From the NCBI GenBank assembly GCA_037439545.1, contig JBBIVV010000001.1, positions 35,469-99,468 on the forward strand: a stretch of 64,000 nt of DNA. Direction: 5' to 3'. Origin of the DNA: a bacterium. GTDB taxonomy: Bacteria; JAMCPX01. The notes under the pieces were generated by a model. That model was given only the letters and a program-made list of their open reading frames with translations. It did no database searches and had not been told where the DNA came from. The position numbers and the translations under genes are program-made. Numbering within the stretch: the stretch's first letter is position 1; every line of letters starts with the position of its first letter. Shown in pieces: positions 45,568 to 54,370 of the stretch.

Positions 45568-47592
45568 ATGAAAAAGTATATACTATTAAATCTGGTAATG
45601 TTTTTGTTTGCCTATGCGGGCTGTACAAGCAGTTCGTCGTCACCAGCATCGGGCCCTAAAGTATTTTTCAAACCTGCTGCAACAGCTTCAGGTGTCGTTT
45701 ACCGGTCGATTCCATTTCCCAACGATCTTTATCTTTCAGGCAATGTATACAGCTCAGCGGGCTTCAATGCGATAGCTCCAAGCACTGATCCGAACCTTTC
45801 ATCGAGGACAGCACTGAACAACATGCTGATTCCCATGATGAACACGATAGACGGCTTTGGCACATCAGGCGCCGTGCTGTTCAGCCTGTCCGGCACCGTC
45901 GACCAGTTGACCCTGCCGCAAACAGTTCAGGCCTCGTTACAACCGACTGCGAGCGCATTCATCATCGATATAGATCAAAATTCGCCGGATTATGGAAAGC
46001 TCGCCCCTGCGGTGTTTCTTTTTACTGCAACGACTTACAATGGCACCGATTACCTTTATACGCTCGGGATCAAGCCTGCGTACGGCTATCCTCTGGCCCA
46101 AGGAACCAGGTATGCTGTTGTCATAACCACAAAGGTTAAAGGCAGCAATGGCGCAGGTCTTTCACCGGATGCGGGCTTCAATACGATAAAAACGTCTGCT
46201 GTCCTATCGGACCCTTTGCTCGAAAAGGCGAGGCAGTTGTACGCACCGCTATTTTCAATACTCTCGAAACCGCCCTATGATCTCGGCTATTCAAATATAG
46301 CCGGTGCAACGGTGTTCACGACAGAGCAAATAACGCCTGTCATACAGCATATTATATCTTGGCTCACGACGACGACCTTGCCGATTCCAAACTTCACCTC
46401 AACGACTGAGCAGTCCACGGTTATCTCCAAGCCTACATTCTCATACATCACCGGAGAATTCGCATCGCCGAACTTTCTGACTGATCCCGTATCAGGCACG
46501 ATACAGGTCGATGCGGCGGGCAATCCCATATTGCAGGGCTGGTCGACGTTGTATTTTTCTGTCACTGTGCCGGCAGCGGCACCGCCTGCAGGCGGCTATC
46601 CGGTTGCGATTGTCCAGCATGGCCTGGGCAGTGACCGGGCACAGATAATCCTGTCCGTTGCAGACCGGTTCGCACAGCATGGCATAGCATGCATCAGTAT
46701 CAATGCAGTCGATCACGGTGACAGGGCTCCGGGTGGCGACGCAACCAAAGCTACTATTGATTTTCTGAATTTTGTCGCACCATTTTCTATCCGCGATCAT
46801 TTTATTCAGACTGTTACGGACATAATCCAGCTCTCGAGGCTTGCACAGAGTCCCACGCTTACAACCTTGCTTACAACATATATGGGCAGGCCGGTCATGT
46901 TCAATACGACGAACGATACGAATCCCACTTCATACATAGGACAGTCGCTCGGCGGCATCATAGGAAGCTTTTATATAAGTGTTGCTCCCTACACGAAGAA
47001 TGCAGTGATCAATGTCGGTGGAGGGGAGCTTTCATCATTACTTATGAACTCGCCGGTCATCTACACGGAGTTTATGCCTATCATTTCGAGTATACTTGCG
47101 ATACCATCGTGGATTGTCCCTTCACTTGCTACCGATGAAGTGGTGATGTTCCAGTCTTTGATCGATCCCGGGGATTCGATGAATTACGGACGTTTCGCAC
47201 TGAAACAGCCGCTTTCAGCACTTGGATTTACGAAACAGATACTGTTCCAGATGGCTGACCTTGACCAGCTTGTTCCTCATCTATCGACAGAAGGAGAGGC
47301 AACTGCTATGGGCGTTACCGGCGTATCGAGAGGAGACACCGACCCGCTCATCGTCCTCCCTTTTTTCACCTTTACGACATATACTCCGCCGGTGAATATG
47401 AACGGTATATATCAGTACTATGGCACGCATGGTATGCTGAATACTCCTACTGATACAGTAGCGCTTGAGGAAACCTATCCGTTCGCAAAATTGGCCAATC
47501 CGCTTACCATAACCAATCCTTTAATACAGATTCAAAACCAGGCAGCGACGTTTCTCACCACGGGCGTGATTATCAATCCATGGGTTCCGTAG
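45568..47592 (+). CDS. Secreted lipoprotein with alpha/beta-hydrolase (lipase/esterase-like) core
   Basis: Lipobox LFAYAGC; GxSxG nucleophile elbow GQSLGGIIG; HGLGSD oxyanion-hole-like region; 674 aa; SD GGGAGG. Confidence 0.5.
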   Translation: MKKYILLNLVMFLFAYAGCTSSSSSPASGPKVFFKPAATASGVVYRSIPFPNDLYLSGNVYSSAGFNAIAPSTDPNLSSRTALNNMLIPMMNTIDGFGTSGAVLFSLSGTVDQLTLPQTVQASLQPTASAFIIDIDQNSPDYGKLAPAVFLFTATTYNGTDYLYTLGIKPAYGYPLAQGTRYAVVITTKVKGSNGAGLSPDAGFNTIKTSAVLSDPLLEKARQLYAPLFSILSKPPYDLGYSNIAGATVFTTEQITPVIQHIISWLTTTTLPIPNFTSTTEQSTVISKPTFSYITGEFASPNFLTDPVSGTIQVDAAGNPILQGWSTLYFSVTVPAAAPPAGGYPVAIVQHGLGSDRAQIILSVADRFAQHGIACISINAVDHGDRAPGGDATKATIDFLNFVAPFSIRDHFIQTVTDIIQLSRLAQSPTLTTLLTTYMGRPVMFNTTNDTNPTSYIGQSLGGIIGSFYISVAPYTKNAVINVGGGELSSLLMNSPVIYTEFMPIISSILAIPSWIVPSLATDEVVMFQSLIDPGDSMNYGRFALKQPLSALGFTKQILFQMADLDQLVPHLSTEGEATAMGVTGVSRGDTDPLIVLPFFTFTTYTPPVNMNGIYQYYGTHGMLNTPTDTVALEETYPFAKLANPLTITNPLIQIQNQAATFLTTGVIINPWVP

Positions 47593-47617
47593 AGATAAAT
47601 CGAAAAATCTCCCCTTG

Positions 47618-47650
47618 CCCCTCTTTTTCAAAGAGGGGGATGGTTTTTTC
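47618..47650 (+). terminator. Rho-independent terminator (hairpin CCCCTCTTT / AAAGAGGGG + T-run)
   Basis: Perfect 9-bp stem, 3-nt loop, followed by GGTTTTTTC. Confidence 0.6.
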
Positions 47651-47651
47651 T

Positions 47652-47690
47652 CCTCCCTTTGGAAAAGGGAGGCAGGGAGGGATTTTATTT
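47652..47690 (+). terminator. Second tandem hairpin (CCTCCCTTT / AAAGGGAGG)
   Basis: 9-bp inverted repeat immediately after the first terminator; the T-tract (GATTTTATTT) is weaker and displaced. Confidence 0.4.
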
Positions 47691-47731
47691 ATATGATCCG
47701 CCTCATACACATAGTTGACATCTTTCATTAA

Positions 47732-48496
47732 ATGATAGGTATGAAGATGAAGGACATACCCTTTCCCAAAGAATACGGCTCATGGGGCATACTGCTGACA
47801 TCCTGTGTTATCGGCATATTTATTCAGGGACAGGTAACAGGGCGGACCTTTGTCTCGCTTGCAGGTATTGCGCTCCTTTTCATGACAAAAGCCCCCATAG
47901 GTATCTTTGTGAGGAGAAGGAAGATAACTTTTTTCCTATTTACGCTCGTGTATGGGGTTGCCGGCATACTTTTGCTTTTGCCAGTGGTCCTCGACTTCAG
48001 CATGAGAGACACTTTTTTTTTATTAACTATTCCCCTGATGACCGTCGGCGTATATGTTGTGTCGGCGTATTTGCACAAAGAGCGGGCATCAGTGGTTGAG
48101 CTGTTCGCAATGACAACACTCACATTGCCCGTACTGTTCTTTTATCTTCAGGGTTCAGGCAGACCTGGTATTGGTATCGTTCTTTTATGGGTTTCAACTT
48201 TTTTATATTTTTCTGCAAGTATATTTCGCGTGAAGATGCTGCTCTATAAAAAAACAGCTTACAGGATTGCGAATATCCTGTACCTTACGTTCGTATTCAT
48301 AGTTGTTTCAATCATGATCTACCTGCAATTCATCCCGCTGCTTTCTGCTGCTGCATTCACGCCATTACTCGAAAACATTACAGACACCTTCAGACATGCG
48401 CGCAGGCACAATCTTAAGCTCGTCGGCATAACGGAGCTTGTAAAAGGAACTGCTTTTGCGGTCATTATTATAATGGCCGAGAGACACATGATGTAA
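47732..48496 (+). CDS. Hypothetical polytopic membrane protein
   Basis: Seven or eight hydrophobic helices; no catalytic motif recognised. Confidence 0.4.
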   Translation: MIGMKMKDIPFPKEYGSWGILLTSCVIGIFIQGQVTGRTFVSLAGIALLFMTKAPIGIFVRRRKITFFLFTLVYGVAGILLLLPVVLDFSMRDTFFLLTIPLMTVGVYVVSAYLHKERASVVELFAMTTLTLPVLFFYLQGSGRPGIGIVLLWVSTFLYFSASIFRVKMLLYKKTAYRIANILYLTFVFIVVSIMIYLQFIPLLSAAAFTPLLENITDTFRHARRHNLKLVGITELVKGTAFAVIIIMAERHMM

Positions 48497-48779
48497 TGTT
48501 ATCCAAAAAATATTTTTTCATCTTGACAAATTAATATTCATAATGTAAAAAGAAGATAATGAAAGTAATTAATCTCAAAATTAGAGGAGATAATTATAAT
48601 TACTGAAGCAAATAATTATAATGTGATATTTTCAGAAAGTATGGAAAACATCTTTTTGGATAACCGCTCGTCTTTACCCGATCAGTTTCTTTTTAAATCC
48701 TGTTTGAATCAAACCGCATTTCTTAACCGGTCTATGATAACGCTATCAATTCATTTCAACATAAAGGAGGTGAACAATA

Positions 48780-48830
48780 ATGGCAACAAAGAAGAAAGCC
48801 AAAAAAGCAGCAAAGAAAAAGAAGAAGTAA
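48780..48830 (+). CDS. Putative 16-codon lysine-rich micro-ORF (MATKKKAKKAAKKKKK)
   Basis: ATG preceded by AAGGAGG at a 9-nt spacing; TAA stop; followed 31 nt later by a strong intrinsic terminator. Not in the ORF track, which lists an overlapping 70-aa ORF in another frame. Confidence 0.35.
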   Translation: MATKKKAKKAAKKKKK

Positions 48831-48861
48831 GCTGAACTCATTGGAATTTACCACCTGCTTA

Positions 48862-48899
48862 GGGCTGAACCTGCTTTGACAGGTTCAGCCCCTTTTTTT
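48862..48899 (+). terminator. Rho-independent terminator (GGGCTGAACCTG / CAGGTTCAGCCC + T8)
   Basis: 12-bp perfect stem, 6-nt loop, followed by CTTTTTTTC. Confidence 0.75.
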
Positions 48900-49176
48900 C
48901 ATGAAAAGATGATCCATCTGAAATAAGTATAGTAAGAATAAGAATCAACTGTCAATAAATTTATAAATAGTCGTAAAAATTATATTAATTAGCAACTTGT
49001 ATGTAGTGTGAATATGTAATATAGCTATATCTTATAACTAATAGAAATATAAGGTAATAATACGACTACACTGTAAATAATGTATATCAGGGTAAAATGT
49101 AATATTTTTGTGATTTTACAACTAATTGTAGTTGTTTATAATTCCTATTCTACATATTGGTGTTAAATGTATTGGC

Positions 49177-49962
49177 TCAAAAGTGCATAACCAGGCTCAG
49201 TCCCATGCTTAAATTGTTTAAAGGAGCAAGATATTTATTGCTATTATTGTAAAGATTGATGTGCCTGTACTTGAGTTCAGTCGCTATAGATGATGTGCTG
49301 CTTAAATATGTTTCTAAACCTATGATTCCCTGTCCCCCGATTCCAAATCCGTGAGATTCGATCTGATAAGCAGTAGTATTTTGTTTAATCTGTAATCCTG
49401 CAAGATAAACGGGTCCTACACCGGCATATAAACTGAAACTGTTCATGGGAATGAAAATCAATATGTTAACGGACAGCGGGAATCCGGAATAAGATGTATT
49501 TGTGGTGGTCCCCGAAAAATTTCCCGAGAGTATACCGTAGAGATAGTCTGCTTCACAGGACAACATCAAATCTTCCGTTAAGCCGTATCTTCCGGCTATA
49601 CCGAGATAGCCTATCGAGCCCGACTGGCTGTTAGTATCGTTTGACAGGCTCGGGTTGTCGATACTGTAGAAAGAATAGGCAAGAGAAGCTGCCGCTGACC
49701 ATGTATTTTTGATGGATCTGCCGCCCGTGTTCGGAGAAACGTAAAAGGATTCAGGCATTGCAATGGATGCAGGTGACGTGACAGCCGCTGCCGTTATGCC
49801 GTTATTCATATTCTCCGTTTCAGCTCCGTAGACCTGTGCAATTGAAAATACCGGCACGAGTAGAAACACCGATAGAGCTATTATAAGCCTTTGATACTTC
49901 TTTCCTTGTGCTTCACGAACCTCTCCTTTGACCGCGTCTCTGTTCATAATTTTATTCATCAA
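49177..49962 (-). CDS. Hypothetical outer-membrane beta-barrel protein
   Basis: Charged N-terminus + TM/signal, Gly/Ser/Tyr-rich alternating strands, C-terminus ...LSLVMHF. Confidence 0.45.
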   Translation of the reverse strand: MMNKIMNRDAVKGEVREAQGKKYQRLIIALSVFLLVPVFSIAQVYGAETENMNNGITAAAVTSPASIAMPESFYVSPNTGGRSIKNTWSAAASLAYSFYSIDNPSLSNDTNSQSGSIGYLGIAGRYGLTEDLMLSCEADYLYGILSGNFSGTTTNTSYSGFPLSVNILIFIPMNSFSLYAGVGPVYLAGLQIKQNTTAYQIESHGFGIGGQGIIGLETYLSSTSSIATELKYRHINLYNNSNKYLAPLNNLSMGLSLVMHF

Positions 49963-49995
49963 AATTATTCTCCTTTAAAACATATTGATCCTTAA

Positions 49996-51780
49996 TCAAT
50001 CCTTCTCATACAGGGCATCGAGCCGTGCTTTAAAATGTTCTATGACTATGTTTTTCTTTATCTTCATCGTTGGAGTGAGCTCGCCTGATTGCAGAGTAAA
50101 CTCATGGTCCGACAGTATGAATTTTTTTATCGTTTCGAATGATGCAAGCTTATCATTAAACCTGTCAATTTTCTGCTTTATGAATTCATAGACCCGTGTG
50201 CTCTGCGTCAGATCGGCATAATCATTGAAAGGCACGTTGTTCTGCCTTGCCCATTCAAATATTTCCTGCTCATTGAGCACGAGAACTGCCGTCAGATACT
50301 TCTTGTTGTCTCCGAATGCAACACACTGCGCAATATACGGATCTGTCGTAAACAGGTTTTCGATGTTCTGAGGTGTTATATTTTTGCCTCCTGCAGTTAT
50401 GATGAGGTCTTTCTTTCTGCCTGTGATCCTGACAAAACCATCTTTATCGATGTCACCGAGATCGCCCGAATGGAGCCAGCCCTGCTCATCGATCATTGCA
50501 GGTGTCCCTTCAGGTTTTTTATAATAACCTTTGAAAACAGCGGGACCTTTCATAAGAATCTCGCCGTCATCCGCTATCTTTACCTGCATGCTTGGGAGAG
50601 GTTGCCCGACATAGCCTATCTTGAACTTTCCCTCATAACTGACGATTGCCGGAGCAAATGTCTCTGTCATGCCATAGCCTTCGTATATGGGGATACCGAG
50701 TGCATTGAAGAATTCAATTATGGTGGGCGACAGAGGGGCTGCGGCAGTAATCCCTATCCTCAATCTCCCGCCTAATTTCTTTTTCAGCTTATTGAAGACA
50801 AGAGCATTTGCTACGATGTAATTCATTTTTAACCGGCATGGCAGTGGCTTTTTTGCAAGCCTGTAGGGCAGGGATGCCTTTCCGGTATCCAATGCCCAGT
50901 TAAACAGGACCTTCTTGATCTTCGGTCCATTCTGAATCTCGTTGATAATGCGTGCGTAGATCTTTTCATACACCCTTGGCACGCCCGGGAGTATGGTCGG
51001 TCTTACCTCTAAAATATTTTTTGCGACTGTATCGAGGCTTTCTGCGTAAGCATATATCATGCGTACATATATGGCTCCGAACTGGTTTATTCTTTCGTAT
51101 GCATGTGCAAGCGGCAGATAGCCGAGCGTTATGTCACCGGGCATATTGAATGTCAGAGTCAGAAGATCTTTCAGGTTTGCAATAATATTTTCATGAATAA
51201 TCTCGGCGCCCTTTGGCGGTCCTGTCGTTCCCGATGTGTATATAATGGTTGCGGTATCATTCATCGTTATCCTGTTCATGCGGGTTTTTATCTCGTCAGG
51301 ATTGAGGTTGTCTTCTCCAAGTTTCTCAAGCTGTCGTAAGGTAATGACCTTGTCGTTTTTTACGGATACGTCTTCGAAAACTATGATTTTACCGATCTTC
51401 GGCAGATCCCCGATAACATTCAGTACCCTGTTTAGTGCAGCGTCATTCTCGACAAAAACAGCCCTTGAATCGGAATTATCAAGAATAAATCTGACATCAT
51501 GATCAAGCAAGGACGGATATATCGTTGCAGTAATCCCTCGTAAAGACAGAATAGCCATATCTGCCAGTGTCCACTCGACCCTTGTCGATCCCATTATGGC
51601 AATCTTGTCCGTTTCATTGATGCCAAGCTTGATAAGGCCTGAAGCAATCTTCTCGACCCTGGTCCAGAACCATTGAGCCGATCTGGTCACATATATATCC
51701 TTTTCTTTGAACATCAATGCAGGGTCGTCAGGCATATCTTTTGCCCTCTTGTAGAGACTATGAACTATATTTTCTTCCAT
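49996..51780 (-). CDS. Long-chain-fatty-acid--CoA ligase (AMP-binding family)
   Basis: AMP-binding motif YTSGTTGPPKGA; motif II/III regions (GYGMTE, TGDLG); 594 aa. Confidence 0.8.
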   Translation of the reverse strand: MEENIVHSLYKRAKDMPDDPALMFKEKDIYVTRSAQWFWTRVEKIASGLIKLGINETDKIAIMGSTRVEWTLADMAILSLRGITATIYPSLLDHDVRFILDNSDSRAVFVENDAALNRVLNVIGDLPKIGKIIVFEDVSVKNDKVITLRQLEKLGEDNLNPDEIKTRMNRITMNDTATIIYTSGTTGPPKGAEIIHENIIANLKDLLTLTFNMPGDITLGYLPLAHAYERINQFGAIYVRMIYAYAESLDTVAKNILEVRPTILPGVPRVYEKIYARIINEIQNGPKIKKVLFNWALDTGKASLPYRLAKKPLPCRLKMNYIVANALVFNKLKKKLGGRLRIGITAAAPLSPTIIEFFNALGIPIYEGYGMTETFAPAIVSYEGKFKIGYVGQPLPSMQVKIADDGEILMKGPAVFKGYYKKPEGTPAMIDEQGWLHSGDLGDIDKDGFVRITGRKKDLIITAGGKNITPQNIENLFTTDPYIAQCVAFGDNKKYLTAVLVLNEQEIFEWARQNNVPFNDYADLTQSTRVYEFIKQKIDRFNDKLASFETIKKFILSDHEFTLQSGELTPTMKIKKNIVIEHFKARLDALYEKD

Positions 51781-51838
51781 ACCACCTCCGCTTCTTCTTA
51801 AAGCCCATTAACACATTTACAAAGTATTGTGAAGTAGC

Positions 51839-51878
51839 AATTGACATAATCAATGATTCTGATAAAATAAAAATTATG
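51839..51878 (+). promoter_or_regulatory. Sigma70-type promoter (TTGACA-N16-TAAAAT) with an overlapping Fur-box-like imperfect palindrome; nearly leaderless fur mRNA
   Basis: TTGACA at 51841-51846, TAAAAT at 51863-51868, ATG at 51876; ATAATCAATGATTCTGATA lies in the spacer (Fur consensus GATAATGATAATCATTATC). Confidence 0.45.
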
Positions 51879-52331
51879 GATGACAGGGCGATTTTGAGAA
51901 AAAAGATTATTTCAACACTCAGAGAGAATGGATTGCGAAACAGCTCTAAAAGGAACGCGGTTATCGGTGCTTTTGTCAAAAGCAGAAAACATCTTAATGC
52001 GGATGAACTATACTTCATTGTAAAAAAGATAAAGACAGGCATTGGTTTTGTTACCGTCTACAGGACACTGAAACTCCTCGTCCAATACGGCTTTGCGAGG
52101 GAAGTAGATTTCAAGGACGGATTCACAAGGTATGAGATAAAGGACGAGCTTTCAAACCAGCACGACCATCTTATTTGTATTACCTGCGGTAATATAACGG
52201 AATTCAAGAACAATGAAATAGAGATAATGAAGCGGCGGGCACGCCTGAAAACTGGATTTAAACCGCTGTATCACAGGCTTGAGATCTTTGGTGTGTGCAG
52301 GGAATGCCAGGAAAAAGGGAAAAGAACTTAA
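51876..52331 (+). CDS. fur: Fur-family transcriptional regulator (Fur/Zur/PerR)
   Basis: MDDRAILRKKIISTLRENGLRNSSKRNAVIGAFVKSRKHLNADELY...HDHLICITCGNITEF...VCRECQEK (HxH and CxxC...CxxC metal sites). Start moved to the ATG at 51876; the track ORF begins far upstream and overlaps the acyl-CoA ligase. Confidence 0.75.
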   Translation: MDDRAILRKKIISTLRENGLRNSSKRNAVIGAFVKSRKHLNADELYFIVKKIKTGIGFVTVYRTLKLLVQYGFAREVDFKDGFTRYEIKDELSNQHDHLICITCGNITEFKNNEIEIMKRRARLKTGFKPLYHRLEIFGVCRECQEKGKRT

Positions 52332-52376
52332 GGATCCGGACAGCTGAGACTTTAAGGAATAAAAGGATGTAGAACG

Positions 52377-52658
52377 ATGAAATTGAACAATGATGAGATT
52401 CAGGGCTTAAGCGAGTTCCTCGCCAAATTGCTTGTAGAAAAAAATCATGTCATAAAAAATGTCAAAGTGGATGATATCCGCTCCGCTATCTATAGTATCA
52501 TTTCCGTGGATATGAGCAGAGAGGATAAGCTGAACGAGGAAGTCAAGGACATTATGGAACGATACGACGCAGAGCTGAAGAGTGGAAAGCTGGACTACAA
52601 TAAACTGTTCAATATGATAAAACTGCAGCTTATTAAAGAGAGGAAACTCATTGTATGA
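52377..52658 (+). CDS. DUF507-family protein
   Basis: 93 aa; I recall the DUF507 pattern in MKLNNDEIQGLSEFLAKLLVEKNHVIKNV...; tandem with a second member. Confidence 0.45.
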   Translation: MKLNNDEIQGLSEFLAKLLVEKNHVIKNVKVDDIRSAIYSIISVDMSREDKLNEEVKDIMERYDAELKSGKLDYNKLFNMIKLQLIKERKLIV

Positions 52659-52942
52659 GCCGTCTGAGCGAAGAGCGGATTAGTTATATAGCTCACAACA
52701 TAATCAGTAACCTTATAAAAAACAATTTTATAGATCCGACCAGAAGGGGAGAAGTCCTTACAGTCCTGAAGAAAGGTTTTGCGGATTTTGAGGCCTTCAA
52801 TGATCGCATTGACGAAGACGCCAGGGCGAGAATAGCGTCCTTATCAAAGAAGGTGCCGGAGGGTAGTGATGAGTGGAAGATACTCTACGCAAAGTATAGA
52901 GCAGAGATTTTGAAGAAGCAAAAGGTTCCGACGATAAAATAA
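52655..52942 (+). CDS. DUF507-family protein (second tandem copy)
   Basis: 95 aa; MSRLSEERISYIAHNIISNLIKNNFID...; start overlaps the upstream stop (ATGA). Confidence 0.45.
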   Translation: MSRLSEERISYIAHNIISNLIKNNFIDPTRRGEVLTVLKKGFADFEAFNDRIDEDARARIASLSKKVPEGSDEWKILYAKYRAEILKKQKVPTIK

Positions 52943-52952
52943 GGAGGGTAAG

Positions 52953-53183
52953 ATGAAAGAGCTTTTAGAAAAGATTGCAAAAGCGATGGTGGATAATCCG
53001 GAAGAGGTTAAGGTAAATGAGATTGAAGGCGAACATACGGTTGTTTTGGAGCTGAGTGTTGCGAAAACCGATGTCGGTAAGATTGTGGGCAAGGAAGGGA
53101 ATCATGCAAAAGCGATACGGACTATACTGCTCGCTGCAAGCGGGAAAAAAGGGAAGAGGTATAGTCTTGAGATTATCGGATAA
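52953..53183 (+). CDS. KH-domain RNA-binding protein (YlqC/UPF0109 family)
   Basis: VGKIVGKEGNHAKAIRTILLAASGKKGKRYSLEI (GxxG KH loop); 76 aa; SD AAGGAGGG. Confidence 0.7.
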   Translation: MKELLEKIAKAMVDNPEEVKVNEIEGEHTVVLELSVAKTDVGKIVGKEGNHAKAIRTILLAASGKKGKRYSLEIIG

Positions 53184-53237
53184 TTCTTGGTATGCTTAAG
53201 CTTTTTCAAAAGCCTTAGCCGTTTCGATTTATTGTAA

Positions 53238-54368
53238 GTGCGGGTTCTATACATGGATTTTATAAAGGGGATACCGAAACTGAGTTCATCGATATCTTAC
53301 AATACGCTGAGCCTTACGCCTACTGAAGGATATTTCCTTTCAAGGATAGACGGGGTGAGTTCTGTAGAGGAAATCGCTTCTCTCAGCGGGCTCCCTTATG
53401 ATCAGGCCATAGGCGTAATAAAATCCCTTTGGAATAAAAAGGTCTTTGCAGTCGAGGGGGTCGAACAGAGTGCCGGTGAAGAAAATGATGTTGATTTAAA
53501 CGAAGATGAAAGATATGCTATAGAAAAAATGGCTAAAACGACGGAGAATGGCACCTATTATCAGATACTTTCCCTGCCTTTTGACGTTAAACCGGAACAG
53601 GTAAAGGTAAGGTTTTTCGAGCTTTCCAAAAGCTTTCATCCGGACAAATATTTTAGGAAGAACATAGGCAGATACAAAGACATGCTTACGATGATTTTCA
53701 AGAAGATGTCGGAAGCTTATGAGGTGTTGTATGACCCTCAGAAAAAAAGATGGTATGATTCGGAGCTGAGGAAGCCAAAGCCGTCAGAACCAAGCGCTGC
53801 CCAAAAGCCGCCGGCTCCGAAAATTAATACGACAGCCGAAGTCATAGAGGTAAAGAGTGTACAGAAACGGCAGGCGCAGGAGGAAACAAACAAAAGCCGG
53901 AATGATATCGATAGTACCGAAGAGACCCAGGCTTATGAAGACGAGGATAACATAAGTGAATCTGTAAGCACTGAAGAGACCGTGGAGTTTGAGAAACCGG
54001 AATCCGTTGATTCCATTATAGAACAGAAGATCGCCCTTATTAAGGAGAATCTTGACAAAAATATGCTCGATCAGGCTTTAAAGGAAATGGACATAGTCAA
54101 GAATATCAAGGATGTAAGAATACCTTTACTAATGGCAAATTATTATTTAAAAGAGAATGATCTTTTAAGTGCCAAAGATTATGCAAGGACGGCGGTAGAA
54201 TACGATGAAAAGAATATAAAAGCTTACGAAATACTTGGCAGCATATACATGAAGTTTAAGCTATACAGAAACGCATTAAAGGTGTATGAGACAATTATAA
54301 AGGTTACTCCGGATAATATCTATGCGGTTAAAATGATAAAAGAAATAAAATTATTAATAGAGGATTAA
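53238..54368 (+). CDS. J-domain protein with acidic linker and C-terminal TPR-like region
   Basis: [33 protein letters not shown] (HPD motif); C-terminal [41 protein letters not shown] (TPR-like). Confidence 0.7.
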   Translation: MRVLYMDFIKGIPKLSSSISYNTLSLTPTEGYFLSRIDGVSSVEEIASLSGLPYDQAIGVIKSLWNKKVFAVEGVEQSAGEENDVDLNEDERYAIEKMAKTTENGTYYQILSLPFDVKPEQVKVRFFELSKSFHPDKYFRKNIGRYKDMLTMIFKKMSEAYEVLYDPQKKRWYDSELRKPKPSEPSAAQKPPAPKINTTAEVIEVKSVQKRQAQEETNKSRNDIDSTEETQAYEDEDNISESVSTEETVEFEKPESVDSIIEQKIALIKENLDKNMLDQALKEMDIVKNIKDVRIPLLMANYYLKENDLLSAKDYARTAVEYDEKNIKAYEILGSIYMKFKLYRNALKVYETIIKVTPDNIYAVKMIKEIKLLIED

Positions 54369-54370
54369 CT

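Noticed and set aside
48623-48835. 70-aa ORF from the six-frame track (ends ...KEVNNNGNKEESQKSSKEKEEVS)
   Set aside because: No SD, low-complexity translation. The same DNA contains a 16-codon ORF in another frame with a consensus SD and a terminator, which better explains the signals.
48497-49176. Possible oriC: two near-DnaA-box 9-mers (TTATCCAAA at 48499-48507; TTTGGATAA at 48655-48663) in opposite orientation next to a long AT-rich tract
   Set aside because: Each box has a mismatch to TTATCCACA, only two are present, and no dnaA/dnaN/gyrB is nearby. The rpmH-yidC cluster lies 20 kb away without dnaA. Insufficient evidence, so kept as an AT-rich island finding only.
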